From: an uncultured Nitrospiraceae bacterium
GTDB taxonomy: Bacteria > Nitrospirota > Nitrospiria > Nitrospirales > Nitrospiraceae
Direction: 5' to 3'
NCBI GenBank assembly: GCA_963706325.1
Contig: CAVPLT010000001.1
Location: forward strand, 736,001 to 800,000
Length of the DNA stretch: 64,000 bases
Positions within the stretch are counted from its first letter, which is position 1; each line of letters starts with the position of its first letter. The position numbers were made by a program, and so were the translations under genes. A model generated the notes under the pieces. That model saw nothing but the letters and a program-made list of their open reading frames with translations. It did no database searches and was not told where the DNA came from. Positions 42,795 to 52,263 of this stretch are shown here, one piece after another.

Positions 42795-44513
42795 ATGCCC
42801 ACTATTTCTTTGCAACGAGATGATCTCGAATCCCTGATCGCCGGGACGGGTGGAAAGCCGGACCGCATTCCGCTCGATCAGCTGGAAGACTGGCTGATGC
42901 TGGTGAAGGGGGAGCTCAAGGGACACAATCCAGAGACCGGCGAGTTACGCGTCGAATTACAAGATAGTAACCGTCCGGATTTATGGTGCTGCGAAGGTAT
43001 CGCTCGGCAGATTCGTACCAAGCAGCGCGGGACCGCGACACCCTATCCCTTCTTCAACACACAGAATTCCGTGGTCGGCAAACTGATCGTGGCGCCGGGA
43101 ATGGAAGAGGTTCGTCCCTACATAGCGGCCTGTGCGGCGGTGGGCTATCGCGTGACCGAGGATGGCCTGACACAGCTCATCCAGACGCAGGAAAAGCTGG
43201 CCGATATTTTCGGGCGCAAACGGCGGACGGTATCCATTGGATTGTACCGCTTGGCACCCATCGTGTTTCCCGTGTCGTATGATCTCGTCAAACCTGATGA
43301 GGTGCGCTTTACTCCGCTGGGGATGGAGACGATGATGACGTTGCGGGAAATCCTGATGGTCCATCCCAAAGGGGTCGAGTATGGTGCGATTGTCGCAGGC
43401 CATGACCGCCTTCCCGTGCTGCGGGACGCGAATGGACAAGTGCTGTCGTTCCCTCCCATCATCAATAGCCGGGAAATTGGGGAAGTGCAGATCGGAGACC
43501 ACGAACTGTTCATCGAGGTCACCGGGACCGATCTTTCTATGGTCGCCTTGGCGCTGAATATTCTTGCCGCCAATCTCGCTGACCGCGGCGCCGTGATTAC
43601 GCCGGTGGAAATCCAATCGTCGATGAAAACGACCTTTGGCCGACGCTGGCATACTCCGATTGATTTTGGAAAGTCGCGCATGATTCCTCTTATGGCCATT
43701 GAGTCTGCGTTGGGGGAGCCTTTGGGCGGACAGGAAGTAGCCGCGGCGCTTAAATCGTATGGCTACGACGTCAAATCTGCCGGTCGTAGGTTAGCGGTGC
43801 GGCTCCCGCCCTATCGGAACGATCTGTTGCACGCCGTCGATGTGGTGGAGGATGTGGCGATTAGTCAGGGGTATGCGAGGTTTGCTCCAGTCATGCCGTC
43901 TCAGTTTACCGTCGGCAGCCTATCCCGTTTGGAACAGATGGCTGACCGGGTTCGACATCTCATGGTGGGGATGGGGTTCCAGGAGATCATTTCTAATATC
44001 ATGGGCTCTCATCAGGTCTTCTGCGCAAGGATGCGACTCGACGGCACCGAATGGGCGAACGTCGTGGAAGTAGACAACGTGATGTCGCTCAGCTACTCCT
44101 GCCTGCGCCAGTGGATCACGCCATCCTTGTTACAGGTGGAAGCAAATTCAAGCCGGGCGTTTTATCCGCACCGCATGTTCGAAGTGGGTGAAGTGGCCGT
44201 TCCTGATGCGACTGTCGATGTGGGGTCTCGAACCGTGACGAAGTTGGGCGCGGTGATTGCCCATGCCGGGGCCAATTTCTCGGAAATTCATTCCTGCCTG
44301 GATCTCTTGTTGTATTACCTGGACCGTGCATTCACGCTGGAGCCACTGGCGCATCCGTCTTTTCTGGATGGCCGGGTGGGGAGAATTGTTTCCCGCGGTC
44401 GAGTGATCGGATTGCTGGGAGAGGTGCATCCTGAGGCTCTGGAGCTCTGGCAGATTGGGGTGCCCGTGGTCACGCTTGAGTTGGAGATCGACCGGTTGCT
44501 GGATGAAGCGTGA
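42795..44513 (+). CDS. pheT: Phenylalanine-tRNA ligase beta, short archaeal/eukaryotic type
   Basis: 572 aa; MPTI start, NRPDLW, VLSFPPIINS, PPYRNDLLHAVDVVEDVAI, GEVHPE. Confidence 0.95.
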   Translation: MPTISLQRDDLESLIAGTGGKPDRIPLDQLEDWLMLVKGELKGHNPETGELRVELQDSNRPDLWCCEGIARQIRTKQRGTATPYPFFNTQNSVVGKLIVAPGMEEVRPYIAACAAVGYRVTEDGLTQLIQTQEKLADIFGRKRRTVSIGLYRLAPIVFPVSYDLVKPDEVRFTPLGMETMMTLREILMVHPKGVEYGAIVAGHDRLPVLRDANGQVLSFPPIINSREIGEVQIGDHELFIEVTGTDLSMVALALNILAANLADRGAVITPVEIQSSMKTTFGRRWHTPIDFGKSRMIPLMAIESALGEPLGGQEVAAALKSYGYDVKSAGRRLAVRLPPYRNDLLHAVDVVEDVAISQGYARFAPVMPSQFTVGSLSRLEQMADRVRHLMVGMGFQEIISNIMGSHQVFCARMRLDGTEWANVVEVDNVMSLSYSCLRQWITPSLLQVEANSSRAFYPHRMFEVGEVAVPDATVDVGSRTVTKLGAVIAHAGANFSEIHSCLDLLLYYLDRAFTLEPLAHPSFLDGRVGRIVSRGRVIGLLGEVHPEALELWQIGVPVVTLELEIDRLLDEA

Positions 44514-44548
44514 CGGGAAAATCCGTTCAGTCAGGATCTTCCCGTCAC
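44510..44548. terminator. Hairpin between convergent pheT and rplT
   Basis: GTGACGGGAA...TTCCCGTCAC 10-bp inverted repeat. Confidence 0.6.
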
Positions 44549-44571
44549 ACACGTCTGCGCAATCGAAGATG

Positions 44572-44940
44572 TTAGTTGGCTGCCGTCGCGAGCTGCTGTT
44601 TGGCAACTCCGACGAGTTTCTCGAACCCCGCCATATCCTTGATCGCCATATCGGACAGAACTTTCCGATCCAATAAAATATTGGCCTTCCGCAGGGCATT
44701 CATGAAGCGGCTATAGGCCATTCCATGTAACCGAACCGCGGCGCTGATACGCGCGATCCAGAGTTGACGGAAGTCGCGCTTGCGATGCTTTCGCCCGACG
44801 TACGCGTAGGCCTGACCTTTGTCGACCGATTCAGTCGCTGTTCGAAACAGCCGGCTCTTAGCCCCATACTGGCCTTTCGCCAGTTTCAGGCGCTTCTTTC
44901 GCCGCTGTCGTGTTTTTGGACCACCTTTTGTACGAGGCAT
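44572..44940 (-). CDS. rplT: 50S ribosomal protein L20
   Basis: MPRTKGG, LAKGQYG, RKRDFRQLWIARI. Confidence 0.97.
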   Translation of the reverse strand: MPRTKGGPKTRQRRKKRLKLAKGQYGAKSRLFRTATESVDKGQAYAYVGRKHRKRDFRQLWIARISAAVRLHGMAYSRFMNALRKANILLDRKVLSDMAIKDMAGFEKLVGVAKQQLATAAN

Positions 44941-44986
44941 GGATCACGGCTCCTTTCAGATCCCGTTTACGGCACCATCATAATCT

Positions 44987-45184
44987 TTATTGCGGAAGGA
45001 TACGGTTCAGCGCAAGCGTCATGGTCGCCGACACTTCAACCGCCCCTTTCAGGCGTCGCTTGCGGTCACGCGCCTTGCCGGTGAGCAGATGTCGCCGACC
45101 AGCCTTTCGTCGGACCAATTTCCCAGATCCCGTGCGACGGAACCGTTTTTTAGCGCCGCTGTGCGTTTTCATTTTCACTTTCAT
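44987..45184 (-). CDS. rpmI: 50S ribosomal protein L35
   Basis: [19 protein letters not shown]. Confidence 0.96.
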   Translation of the reverse strand: MKVKMKTHSGAKKRFRRTGSGKLVRRKAGRRHLLTGKARDRKRRLKGAVEVSATMTLALNRILPQ

Positions 45185-45222
45185 GGTTGTTTCATTCCCC
45201 TTCCTTGCGTGCGCGGTGCGCA

Positions 45223-45729
45223 CTATTTGGGAGCCAAAATCATGATCAGGCTCCGCCCTTCCATTCTCGGCGCAAACTCCACAGTTCCCGCTTCCGTGCA
45301 TTCCTTGATGACACTGGCCATCATCGTTCGGCCCATTTCCTGATTTGCCATCTCACGGCCCCGATAGGTGAGCGTCACTTTGGTCTTGTTCCCGTCCGCC
45401 AGAAATTCCTTGATCTGCCTGATCTTGATTTCGAGATCGTGCTTATCGGTACGTGGGCGTAGCTTGATCTCTTTCACCTGCGTAGACTTCTGGTGACGCC
45501 GGCTTTGATGATCTTTCTTGCTCAGCTCAAATTTATATTTCCCATAGTCCATAATGCGGCAAACCGGCGGCTGGGACGTAGGGGCGACTTCAACCAGGTC
45601 ATAGCCCCCTTCCTGTGCCTTACTGAAGGCCTCTGCGGTCGGCAGTATACCGAGTTGCTCGCCTTCAGGACCGATGACTCGAACCTCCCGAATCCTGATT
45701 TCCCGGTTTACACGTAATTTAGGGACGAT
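45223..45729 (-). CDS. infC: Translation initiation factor IF-3, non-canonical ATC start
   Basis: Frame extends upstream of MDYGK: (ATC)[27 protein letters not shown]...DLVEVAP...PPVCRI; GAGGTGA SD overlaps thrS stop. Confidence 0.92.
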   Translation of the reverse strand: MVPKLRVNREIRIREVRVIGPEGEQLGILPTAEAFSKAQEGGYDLVEVAPTSQPPVCRIMDYGKYKFELSKKDHQSRRHQKSTQVKEIKLRPRTDKHDLEIKIRQIKEFLADGNKTKVTLTYRGREMANQEMGRTMMASVIKECTEAGTVEFAPRMEGRSLIMILAPK

Positions 45730-45732
45730 AGG

Positions 45733-47688
45733 TCACCTCGTTTGTGAGTGGGTTGCCGTTTCACGTAATGTCTGAGTTGTTTCCGTACGGAGAAGAGCGA
45801 GGAGGGCCTCGATCGGCATGGTACCGTGATTGGCGCCGCTCCGGCCGCGGACGGCGACCATGCCACTCTGCACTTCCTTATCTCCGACCACCAGCATATA
45901 GGGAATCTTGTTTTTTTCCGCCTCGCGGATCTTAAATCCGATCTTCTCATTCCGGATGTCCGCTTCGACTCTGTAGCCGTGGCTCTTGAGTTCCGAGACG
46001 ATCTTGGCCGCAAATTCATGGTGCTTGTCCGTGATCGTGAGCACGACCGCTTGCACGGGGGCCAACCATAGTGGGAAGGCTCCAGCGTAATGTTCGATGA
46101 GAATGCCAAAAAACCGCTCGATGGAACCCATGAGCGCGCGATGAATCATGATCGGCTGATGGTATTTCCCGTCTTCTCCCGTATAGGCCAGCTTGAACCG
46201 CTCAGGGTTGTTGAAGTCAACTTGGATCGTCGAGCATTGCCAGGAACGGCCAAGGACGTCTTTGATCTTGATATCGATTTTAGGGCCGTAGAACACACCT
46301 TCACCGGGGTCCACTTGATAGGCGACCCCGCGCCCTTTGAGCGCCGCTTCCAAGGCATTCGTGGCCAGAGTCCAATTCTCGTCGGAGCCGACGGATTTTT
46401 CCGGGCGAGTCGAGAGGTAGACTTCAAACTCCGCGAAACCAAACGTGCCAAGAATGAAAAACGTAAAGTCCAGCACGCGGCTCACTTCGGCTTCGATTTG
46501 ATCTGGGCGGCAGAACAGATGGGCATCGTCTTGGGTGAAGCCTCGGACGCGAAGCAAGCCATGGAGCACGCCCGTGCGTTCGTAGCGGTATACGGTCCCC
46601 AACTCTCCATAACGAATCGGCAAGTCCCGGTAACTGCGTAGGTGGGATTTGTAGATCATGATATGGAAAGGACAGTTCATTGGCTTGAGCTGATACTCGC
46701 TGCCTTCCAGCTGCATCGTGGCGAACATGTTTTCGCGGTAATAGTCGACGTGGCCGCTGGTTTTCCAGAGGTCCAACCGGGCGACATGTGGTGAGTACAC
46801 GAGCTCGTAGCCGTCCTTGATATGTTGCTCCCGCCAGAAATTCTCAATAAGCAACCGGATCAGCGATCCCTTGGGATGCCATAAGACCAGACCCGGACCG
46901 ATCTCGTCCTGCGTGGAAATCAGGTCGAGTTCTTTGCCCAGTTTTCGGTGGTCGCGACGCTTGATCTCTTCCAGTTTCGCTAGATGCGCATCCAGCTCCT
47001 TTTGCGTGGGGAAGGAGGTGCCGTAGACCCGTTGTAACATCGGGTTGCGCTCATCGCCACGCCAATAGGCCCCGCCGGTGGACAGGAGTTTAAATGCCCC
47101 TACATGGCCGGTCGTGGGGAGGTGTGGCCCGCGGCAGAGATCGACAAACTCGCCTTGGCTGTAAAGGGAAATGGGTGATTGATCGTCGAAGCCTTGGATC
47201 AATTCAACCTTGTAGGCTTCTCCGCGGTCCTGAAAAAACCTGATGGCATCCTGCTTGGACAGTTCCGATCTGGTGACTGCCAGACCACGTTTCATAATGT
47301 CTTTGGCCCGCGCTTCGACTTTTTCCAAGTCCTCGGGCGTAAACGGGCGCTCGAATGCGAAGTCATAATAAAAGCCTTCGTCCAGAGCCGGGCCGATCGT
47401 GAGCTGAGCAGTAGGGAACACCTCCTTCACGGCCTGGGCCATGATGTGGGTGCTGCTGTGACGGTGGACTTCTCGCCCTTCAGCAGACTCGAAGGTCAAA
47501 GGTTGGATGGTCGCGTCATGGTCTAATGACCGCGACAGGTCCATCGACTCGCCGTTGACTTTGGCAGCAAGCACTTTCGGATCGAGCCGGCCTCCTGTAG
47601 GAGTGAGGGCATCGCGAACCGTGGATCCTGCTGGCACTTGTTTGCGAGTTCCGTCAGGAAGGGTAATGTGAATGAACTGTGAGGTCAC
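45733..47688 (-). CDS. thrS: Threonine-tRNA ligase
   Basis: TGS domain, HSSTH, DLCRGPH, RDHRKLG, KPMNCP, FYGPKID. Confidence 0.98.
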   Translation of the reverse strand: MTSQFIHITLPDGTRKQVPAGSTVRDALTPTGGRLDPKVLAAKVNGESMDLSRSLDHDATIQPLTFESAEGREVHRHSSTHIMAQAVKEVFPTAQLTIGPALDEGFYYDFAFERPFTPEDLEKVEARAKDIMKRGLAVTRSELSKQDAIRFFQDRGEAYKVELIQGFDDQSPISLYSQGEFVDLCRGPHLPTTGHVGAFKLLSTGGAYWRGDERNPMLQRVYGTSFPTQKELDAHLAKLEEIKRRDHRKLGKELDLISTQDEIGPGLVLWHPKGSLIRLLIENFWREQHIKDGYELVYSPHVARLDLWKTSGHVDYYRENMFATMQLEGSEYQLKPMNCPFHIMIYKSHLRSYRDLPIRYGELGTVYRYERTGVLHGLLRVRGFTQDDAHLFCRPDQIEAEVSRVLDFTFFILGTFGFAEFEVYLSTRPEKSVGSDENWTLATNALEAALKGRGVAYQVDPGEGVFYGPKIDIKIKDVLGRSWQCSTIQVDFNNPERFKLAYTGEDGKYHQPIMIHRALMGSIERFFGILIEHYAGAFPLWLAPVQAVVLTITDKHHEFAAKIVSELKSHGYRVEADIRNEKIGFKIREAEKNKIPYMLVVGDKEVQSGMVAVRGRSGANHGTMPIEALLALLRTETTQTLRETATHSQTR

Positions 47689-47763
47689 TCCGGTCTATCC
47701 TACAAAAAATACAACACCGTGCCGACTACCATGCTTCGGTCGGCAGTCGGAGCACGAACCTAA

Positions 47764-47838
47764 TGGTAGGCGCGGACGGTCTTGAACCGTCGACCTCTAC
47801 CGTGTCAAGGTAGCGCTCTCCCCCTGAGCTACGCGCCT
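47764..47838 (-). tRNA. tRNA-Val (GAC)
   Basis: AGGCGCGTAGCTCAG...CTACCTTGACACGGTAG...GGTTCAAGACCGTCCGCGCCTACCA. Confidence 0.96.
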
Positions 47839-47970
47839 ATCGCCCGGCGATGCTAATACAGCGTTACCGGGGGTGTCAAGGAAACGAGACGAGGCGGCGG
47901 GCTTTTCCTTGGGGCTCGTTCGAGAATAGCCGCAAGAAGCACACCGCGTCGCTTGGAAGCAGGCGAGCGA

Positions 47971-48243
47971 TTACTTGACGGCGGCCTTGAGTTCTTTGCC
48001 GGCCGAAAATTTCGGAATGCGGGCGGCAGGAATCTTCAATGCTTCACCGGTCCGGGGATTGCGTCCCATTCTGGCCTTCCGTTTCGAAATCGTGAATGTA
48101 CCGAAATTCACCAACGTCACGCGTTTTCCCTTCTTGAGAGAGGTGGTAACCGCTCCGGTGAAGGCTTCGAGCGCAACCGTCGCGGCGACTTTGGTGATTC
48201 CGGCGCTGTTGGCCATTTTCGCAATCAATTCTTCCTTGGTCAT
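47971..48243 (-). CDS. hup: DNA-binding protein HU
   Basis: MTKEELI, VTLVNFGTF, GRNPRTGE, PKFSAGKELK. Confidence 0.96.
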   Translation of the reverse strand: MTKEELIAKMANSAGITKVAATVALEAFTGAVTTSLKKGKRVTLVNFGTFTISKRKARMGRNPRTGEALKIPAARIPKFSAGKELKAAVK

Positions 48244-48341
48244 TGGTTCCCTCCGTTGATGGTTGGCGACCTGTTCGATGCGTGGGCGTGCTGGTAATTA
48301 TGATCCTAATGAGGTGCGGATGGGTGCCAATGTGTGTGGGA

Positions 48342-48926
48342 CTAACTGTCCCGCGCACGTTTGACCGGGATACGCAGATCGAGAATCTTTTTTCTTAGGG
48401 TGTTTCGATTTAGCCCAAGAAGCTCCGCAGCCTGGATTTGATTGCCTTTGGTCTCCCGTAGGGTCAGCAAGATTAACGGGCGTTCGACGGCGGCAATCAA
48501 CATCGGATGGAGATTTCTGCCCGATCCGTTCCGCATCCCTTTTACGAAATCACCGACCTTATGTTCAAGGTAGGATTCCAAGCAGACCGATTGTTCTGAT
48601 CCATTGGGTAACGGCGAGTCGGCCTTAGGTATTTTGGCGCCATGCAGCAATATTGCCGTCCTTCTCAAGACGGTCCGAGACCCCACCAGCAGGAGCGTAT
48701 GGCCGGGATCGATCGTGGCAAACAATTTTCCGAGCTCTGTCGGAGTGTGCCCTTTCGATTCTGCGATGACGGCATCATAGGTGCGCTTAGCTACGGCCTT
48801 CGGCAACGGCAATCCTTCATGAAGGATGGTAACCGCCTGCTCACCGAAGAGGCTCGTATATTGAGCCTGGATCTCGCTGTCTGCGCTGAGCAATAGAATA
48901 GTAAATGTCGATGAACGATGCGGCAT
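48342..48926 (-). CDS. Fis/NtrC-type HTH protein with degenerate receiver-like N-terminus and no AAA+ domain
   Basis: VERPLILLTLRETKGNQIQAAELLGLNRNTLRKKI. Confidence 0.78.
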   Translation of the reverse strand: MPHRSSTFTILLLSADSEIQAQYTSLFGEQAVTILHEGLPLPKAVAKRTYDAVIAESKGHTPTELGKLFATIDPGHTLLLVGSRTVLRRTAILLHGAKIPKADSPLPNGSEQSVCLESYLEHKVGDFVKGMRNGSGRNLHPMLIAAVERPLILLTLRETKGNQIQAAELLGLNRNTLRKKILDLRIPVKRARDS

Positions 48927-49239
48927 GAAGGTACCGACGAAGAAGAGGGCGGGATTATTGCTCAGCTCCTGGTTGATGTCAATCAAGAAAATGCGCTGGC
49001 ATATCGCGACGCGATAAAGCAGTCAATGTCGGCGGCTCAGTTCGGTCGCCACTTCGATTGATGCACGTTCTCTATTGAACTGGCCTGACATGCTCGGGAG
49101 CGATGCCGATAGGCGAGTGCATCGGTGCCATACAAATGAGTGCACTGAGGTTTGCCCGGACGCCCGTCAATTCTCCGTGCCGTCGTACGCCTTGTATGCA
49201 GACCTACTTGACATCAGCGCGATGCGCAATGTATAGGAT

Positions 49240-49269
49240 TTCATGAATTCCCATCGGAATACTCATGAA
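49240..49269. promoter_or_regulatory. Candidate Rrf2 operator (imperfect inverted repeat) abutting the start codon
   Basis: TTCATGAATTCC-CATC-GGAATACTCATGAA, downstream of TTGACA at 49208. Confidence 0.45.
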
Positions 49270-49721
49270 TGAAGGTTAGTCTTCGAGCCACCTACGGAAT
49301 TATTGCCGCTGTGGACCTTGCGTTACACCCTGTCGATCAGCCTGTCTGCGCCAAATCGATTGCCAAGCGTCAATCGATTCCTTCCCGGTTTCTCGAGCAG
49401 GTGCTCCATGCCATGAAAAAGGCGGGAGTGGTGACCAGCCAGCGCGGGGCTCAGGGCGGGTATGTGCTGAGTCGTAAACCCTCAGATGTCTCGGTGGCGG
49501 ACATTGTCGATGCGTTGGAGGGCCCCCTTCTGACACCCAATGGAGCGACTGTTCGGAGAACCGCCTCATCGCGGGGTGCCAAGCAAGACGCTCTGCTGGC
49601 GCACATTTGGGATCGGGTGAAACGTGCTGAGCTGAGCGTGCTTTCCGAAGTGACCGTGGAAGAGTTGGCCAATCGCCAGCGGGCGCTCGAAGCGCAGCAC
49701 ACCTTGATGTACCATATCTGA
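49269..49721 (+). CDS. Rrf2-family regulator, CymR-like (no IscR Cys triad)
   Basis: IAKRQSIPSRFLEQV, SQRGAQGGYVL, DIVDALEGP. Confidence 0.92.
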   Translation: MKVSLRATYGIIAAVDLALHPVDQPVCAKSIAKRQSIPSRFLEQVLHAMKKAGVVTSQRGAQGGYVLSRKPSDVSVADIVDALEGPLLTPNGATVRRTASSRGAKQDALLAHIWDRVKRAELSVLSEVTVEELANRQRALEAQHTLMYHI

Positions 49722-49774
49722 TCGCGGCCGTATCATGCGCAATCGAATTACCCCCAATCGACGAGGTCCTGACC

Positions 49775-52258
49775 ATGAGCCCTAACAGCGTGGGTCTCCG
49801 TCCTGCGATTAAGACCGAGCCCATACCAGCCCATATAGCTGAAGAAATCGAGACATTCGAAGCCGAAGCTCAGCGAGTGCTGGGTGGAGATCTGTCCAAC
49901 GATATTTTTAAGCCTTTCCGATTGCAATATGGCATTTACGGCCAGCGGCAATCCGGCGTGCAGATGGTGCGGATCAAGATTCCCTTCGGAGGGCTGACGG
50001 GGAATCAATTGCGCCAAGTAGCCGAGCTTGCCGACCGGTTCGCCACTGGCGTAGGCCATGTGACGACCCGCCAAGACATTCAGTTACACTTCGTCGAACT
50101 CATACATGTCCCTGACATGATGCGCCTCCTGGCGTCCGTTGGGCTGACGACCCGTGAAGCCTGCGCCAATACCGTGCGTAATGTCACGGCTTGTCATCTG
50201 GCCGGCGTGTGTCAAGGGGAAGTCTTCGATGTGACGCCGTATGCGAAGACGGTGGCCTTACATCTCTTGCGGAACCCCCTCAACCAGAGCCTTCCTCGGA
50301 AATTCAAGATCGCCCTGTCGGGATGCCGGCAGGACTGCGCGCTTACGCCGATCCACGACATCGGGTTGCTCGCGGCGAAACGGGCAGACGGAGCAATAGG
50401 GTTTCGAATGGTCGCGGGCGGTGGATTGGGATCGACCCCTCGCATGGCCCAGGTGCTCAGAGAATTTACGCCGATGGACGAACTGCTTCCCACGATCGAA
50501 GCGGTCATCAAGGTGTTCGATACGCTCGGGAACCGCAAGAATCGCAACAAGGCCCGCATGAAGTTCGTTATTGAAAAATTGGGATTCGGGGAATTCAAAC
50601 GACGCTGGGAGGCGGCCTATGCGGCCATGGGGTATGCCGTGCCGACGCATCAGCCGATCAAGTTGCTGGAGTATGCTGATGAACCGCCGCTGCTCATGCC
50701 GACGAAAGCCCCGGTCCTCTCCAACGGGAACGGTCATGGAAATGGGGCGGCCTCGCTCAATGGAGAGGGGGCGTCGGGCTTTCAAGCTTGGAAGCGAACC
50801 AACGTCGTGCCGCAGCGTCAGCCAGGGTTTTCTACAGCAGCGATCAAATTGCCGATGGGGGACCTCACGGGCGACCAAATGTGGACCGTGGCCGATCTTG
50901 CCGAGCGCTATTCAAACGGAAACATCCGCACCACGATCAATCAGAACATGGTCATTCGGTGGATTCCCGAGGGACGACTGGAAGAGTTCTATGACGAACT
51001 GGTGACGCACAGCCTGGGTGATCCAGGTGCTGAACTCGTCGAAGACATCATCGCGTGCCCGGGCACCGACACCTGCGGTCTGGGAATTACCTCCTCCAAG
51101 GGGATGGCCAGGGCGTTGGCTGAAGTATTTCCAGCGGGGCAGGTGCCGGAAGATCTCAGGGATGTGAGCGTCAAAATCAGCGGTTGCCATAATTCCTGCG
51201 CGCAACACCACATTGCCACCATCGGTTTGCATGGTGTCGGCAAGCGGCTTGGCGAACATACAGCCCCGCATTATGAACTGCATCTGGGCGGACATGTGGA
51301 CGGCACGCCGAAGATCGGACAGCTCACCGTGAAATTGCCGGCAAAGAGCGTCCCCGCAGCGGTTCGGCATTTGGTGGATGTCTATCGCCGGGATCGGAAA
51401 AGCGGCGAGACTCTACAAAACTTCATCGCGCGAGTGGGTAAAGTGGCGCTCAAAGAGGAACTCATTCCCTACACGATCGTGCCGCCCTACGATCAGGATC
51501 AGACCTATTACTACGATTGGGAAGGCGAGGCCGAATTTGTGCTGGAAGATTTGGGTCCCGGCGAGTGCGCAGGCGGGGCATTGGACATGATCGACGATCG
51601 AATGTTGGAGGCCGATCAAGAACTCTATCAGGCCAAGCTCCTGGTCGAAAAGCATCAGTATGCCCTGTCGGTCAACAAATCGTATCGAGCGGTATTAGCC
51701 GCGGCCAAAGCCTTGCTGGTGACGGAAGGCATCGACCCGGCGACTGACGCCGACACGTTCCAAGAGTTCGATGTACGCTTGGCGAACAAAGGTATCGTGC
51801 CCGCCACGTATAGGAATCTCGGAGCGCAAGTCGGTGATCTCGGTTCCAAAGATGCGACAGCCGGTGCAGCCACTGAGAAAATGGCGTTTGCCAAGCAGTT
51901 CCTCCTTGTGTGTCGGGCGGCCACGGAACAAATGGGCAAAGATCTCAAGTTGTCGCAAGTGAAAGAGGAAGCCACGCCGACGCCGGTTCCGAAAGTTGCG
52001 GCGGCACCGGTCGCGGTGGTCCAGCCGCCCGTGTATGATTTGCGTGGTGTCGCCTGCCCGATGAATTACGTGAAGACAAAATTGAAGCTGGAGATGATGG
52101 ACAATGGTGAACAGCTCGAAGTGTGGCTTGATGCTGGGGAGCCCATTCGAAATGTGCCGATGAGTTTACGCAACGACGGACACAAGATCCTCAATGAAGG
52201 ACCGTTGGAACCCGAGGCGAAGCATTTCAAAATTCTTGTGGAAAAGGTCGAGGGGTAA
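49775..52258 (+). CDS. Assimilatory siroheme sulfite reductase fused to HEPN-like and TusA domains
   Basis: TTRQDIQ, LPRKFKIA, CPGTDTC/GCHNSC; SYRAVLAAAKALL (HEPN-like); DLRGVACPMNYVK (TusA). Confidence 0.88.
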   Translation: MSPNSVGLRPAIKTEPIPAHIAEEIETFEAEAQRVLGGDLSNDIFKPFRLQYGIYGQRQSGVQMVRIKIPFGGLTGNQLRQVAELADRFATGVGHVTTRQDIQLHFVELIHVPDMMRLLASVGLTTREACANTVRNVTACHLAGVCQGEVFDVTPYAKTVALHLLRNPLNQSLPRKFKIALSGCRQDCALTPIHDIGLLAAKRADGAIGFRMVAGGGLGSTPRMAQVLREFTPMDELLPTIEAVIKVFDTLGNRKNRNKARMKFVIEKLGFGEFKRRWEAAYAAMGYAVPTHQPIKLLEYADEPPLLMPTKAPVLSNGNGHGNGAASLNGEGASGFQAWKRTNVVPQRQPGFSTAAIKLPMGDLTGDQMWTVADLAERYSNGNIRTTINQNMVIRWIPEGRLEEFYDELVTHSLGDPGAELVEDIIACPGTDTCGLGITSSKGMARALAEVFPAGQVPEDLRDVSVKISGCHNSCAQHHIATIGLHGVGKRLGEHTAPHYELHLGGHVDGTPKIGQLTVKLPAKSVPAAVRHLVDVYRRDRKSGETLQNFIARVGKVALKEELIPYTIVPPYDQDQTYYYDWEGEAEFVLEDLGPGECAGGALDMIDDRMLEADQELYQAKLLVEKHQYALSVNKSYRAVLAAAKALLVTEGIDPATDADTFQEFDVRLANKGIVPATYRNLGAQVGDLGSKDATAGAATEKMAFAKQFLLVCRAATEQMGKDLKLSQVKEEATPTPVPKVAAAPVAVVQPPVYDLRGVACPMNYVKTKLKLEMMDNGEQLEVWLDAGEPIRNVPMSLRNDGHKILNEGPLEPEAKHFKILVEKVEG

Positions 52259-52263
52259 GAAGG

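Noticed and set aside
45758..45772. GTTTCACGTAATG parS-like half-site at the thrS 3' end
   Set aside because: The right half does not match the palindrome
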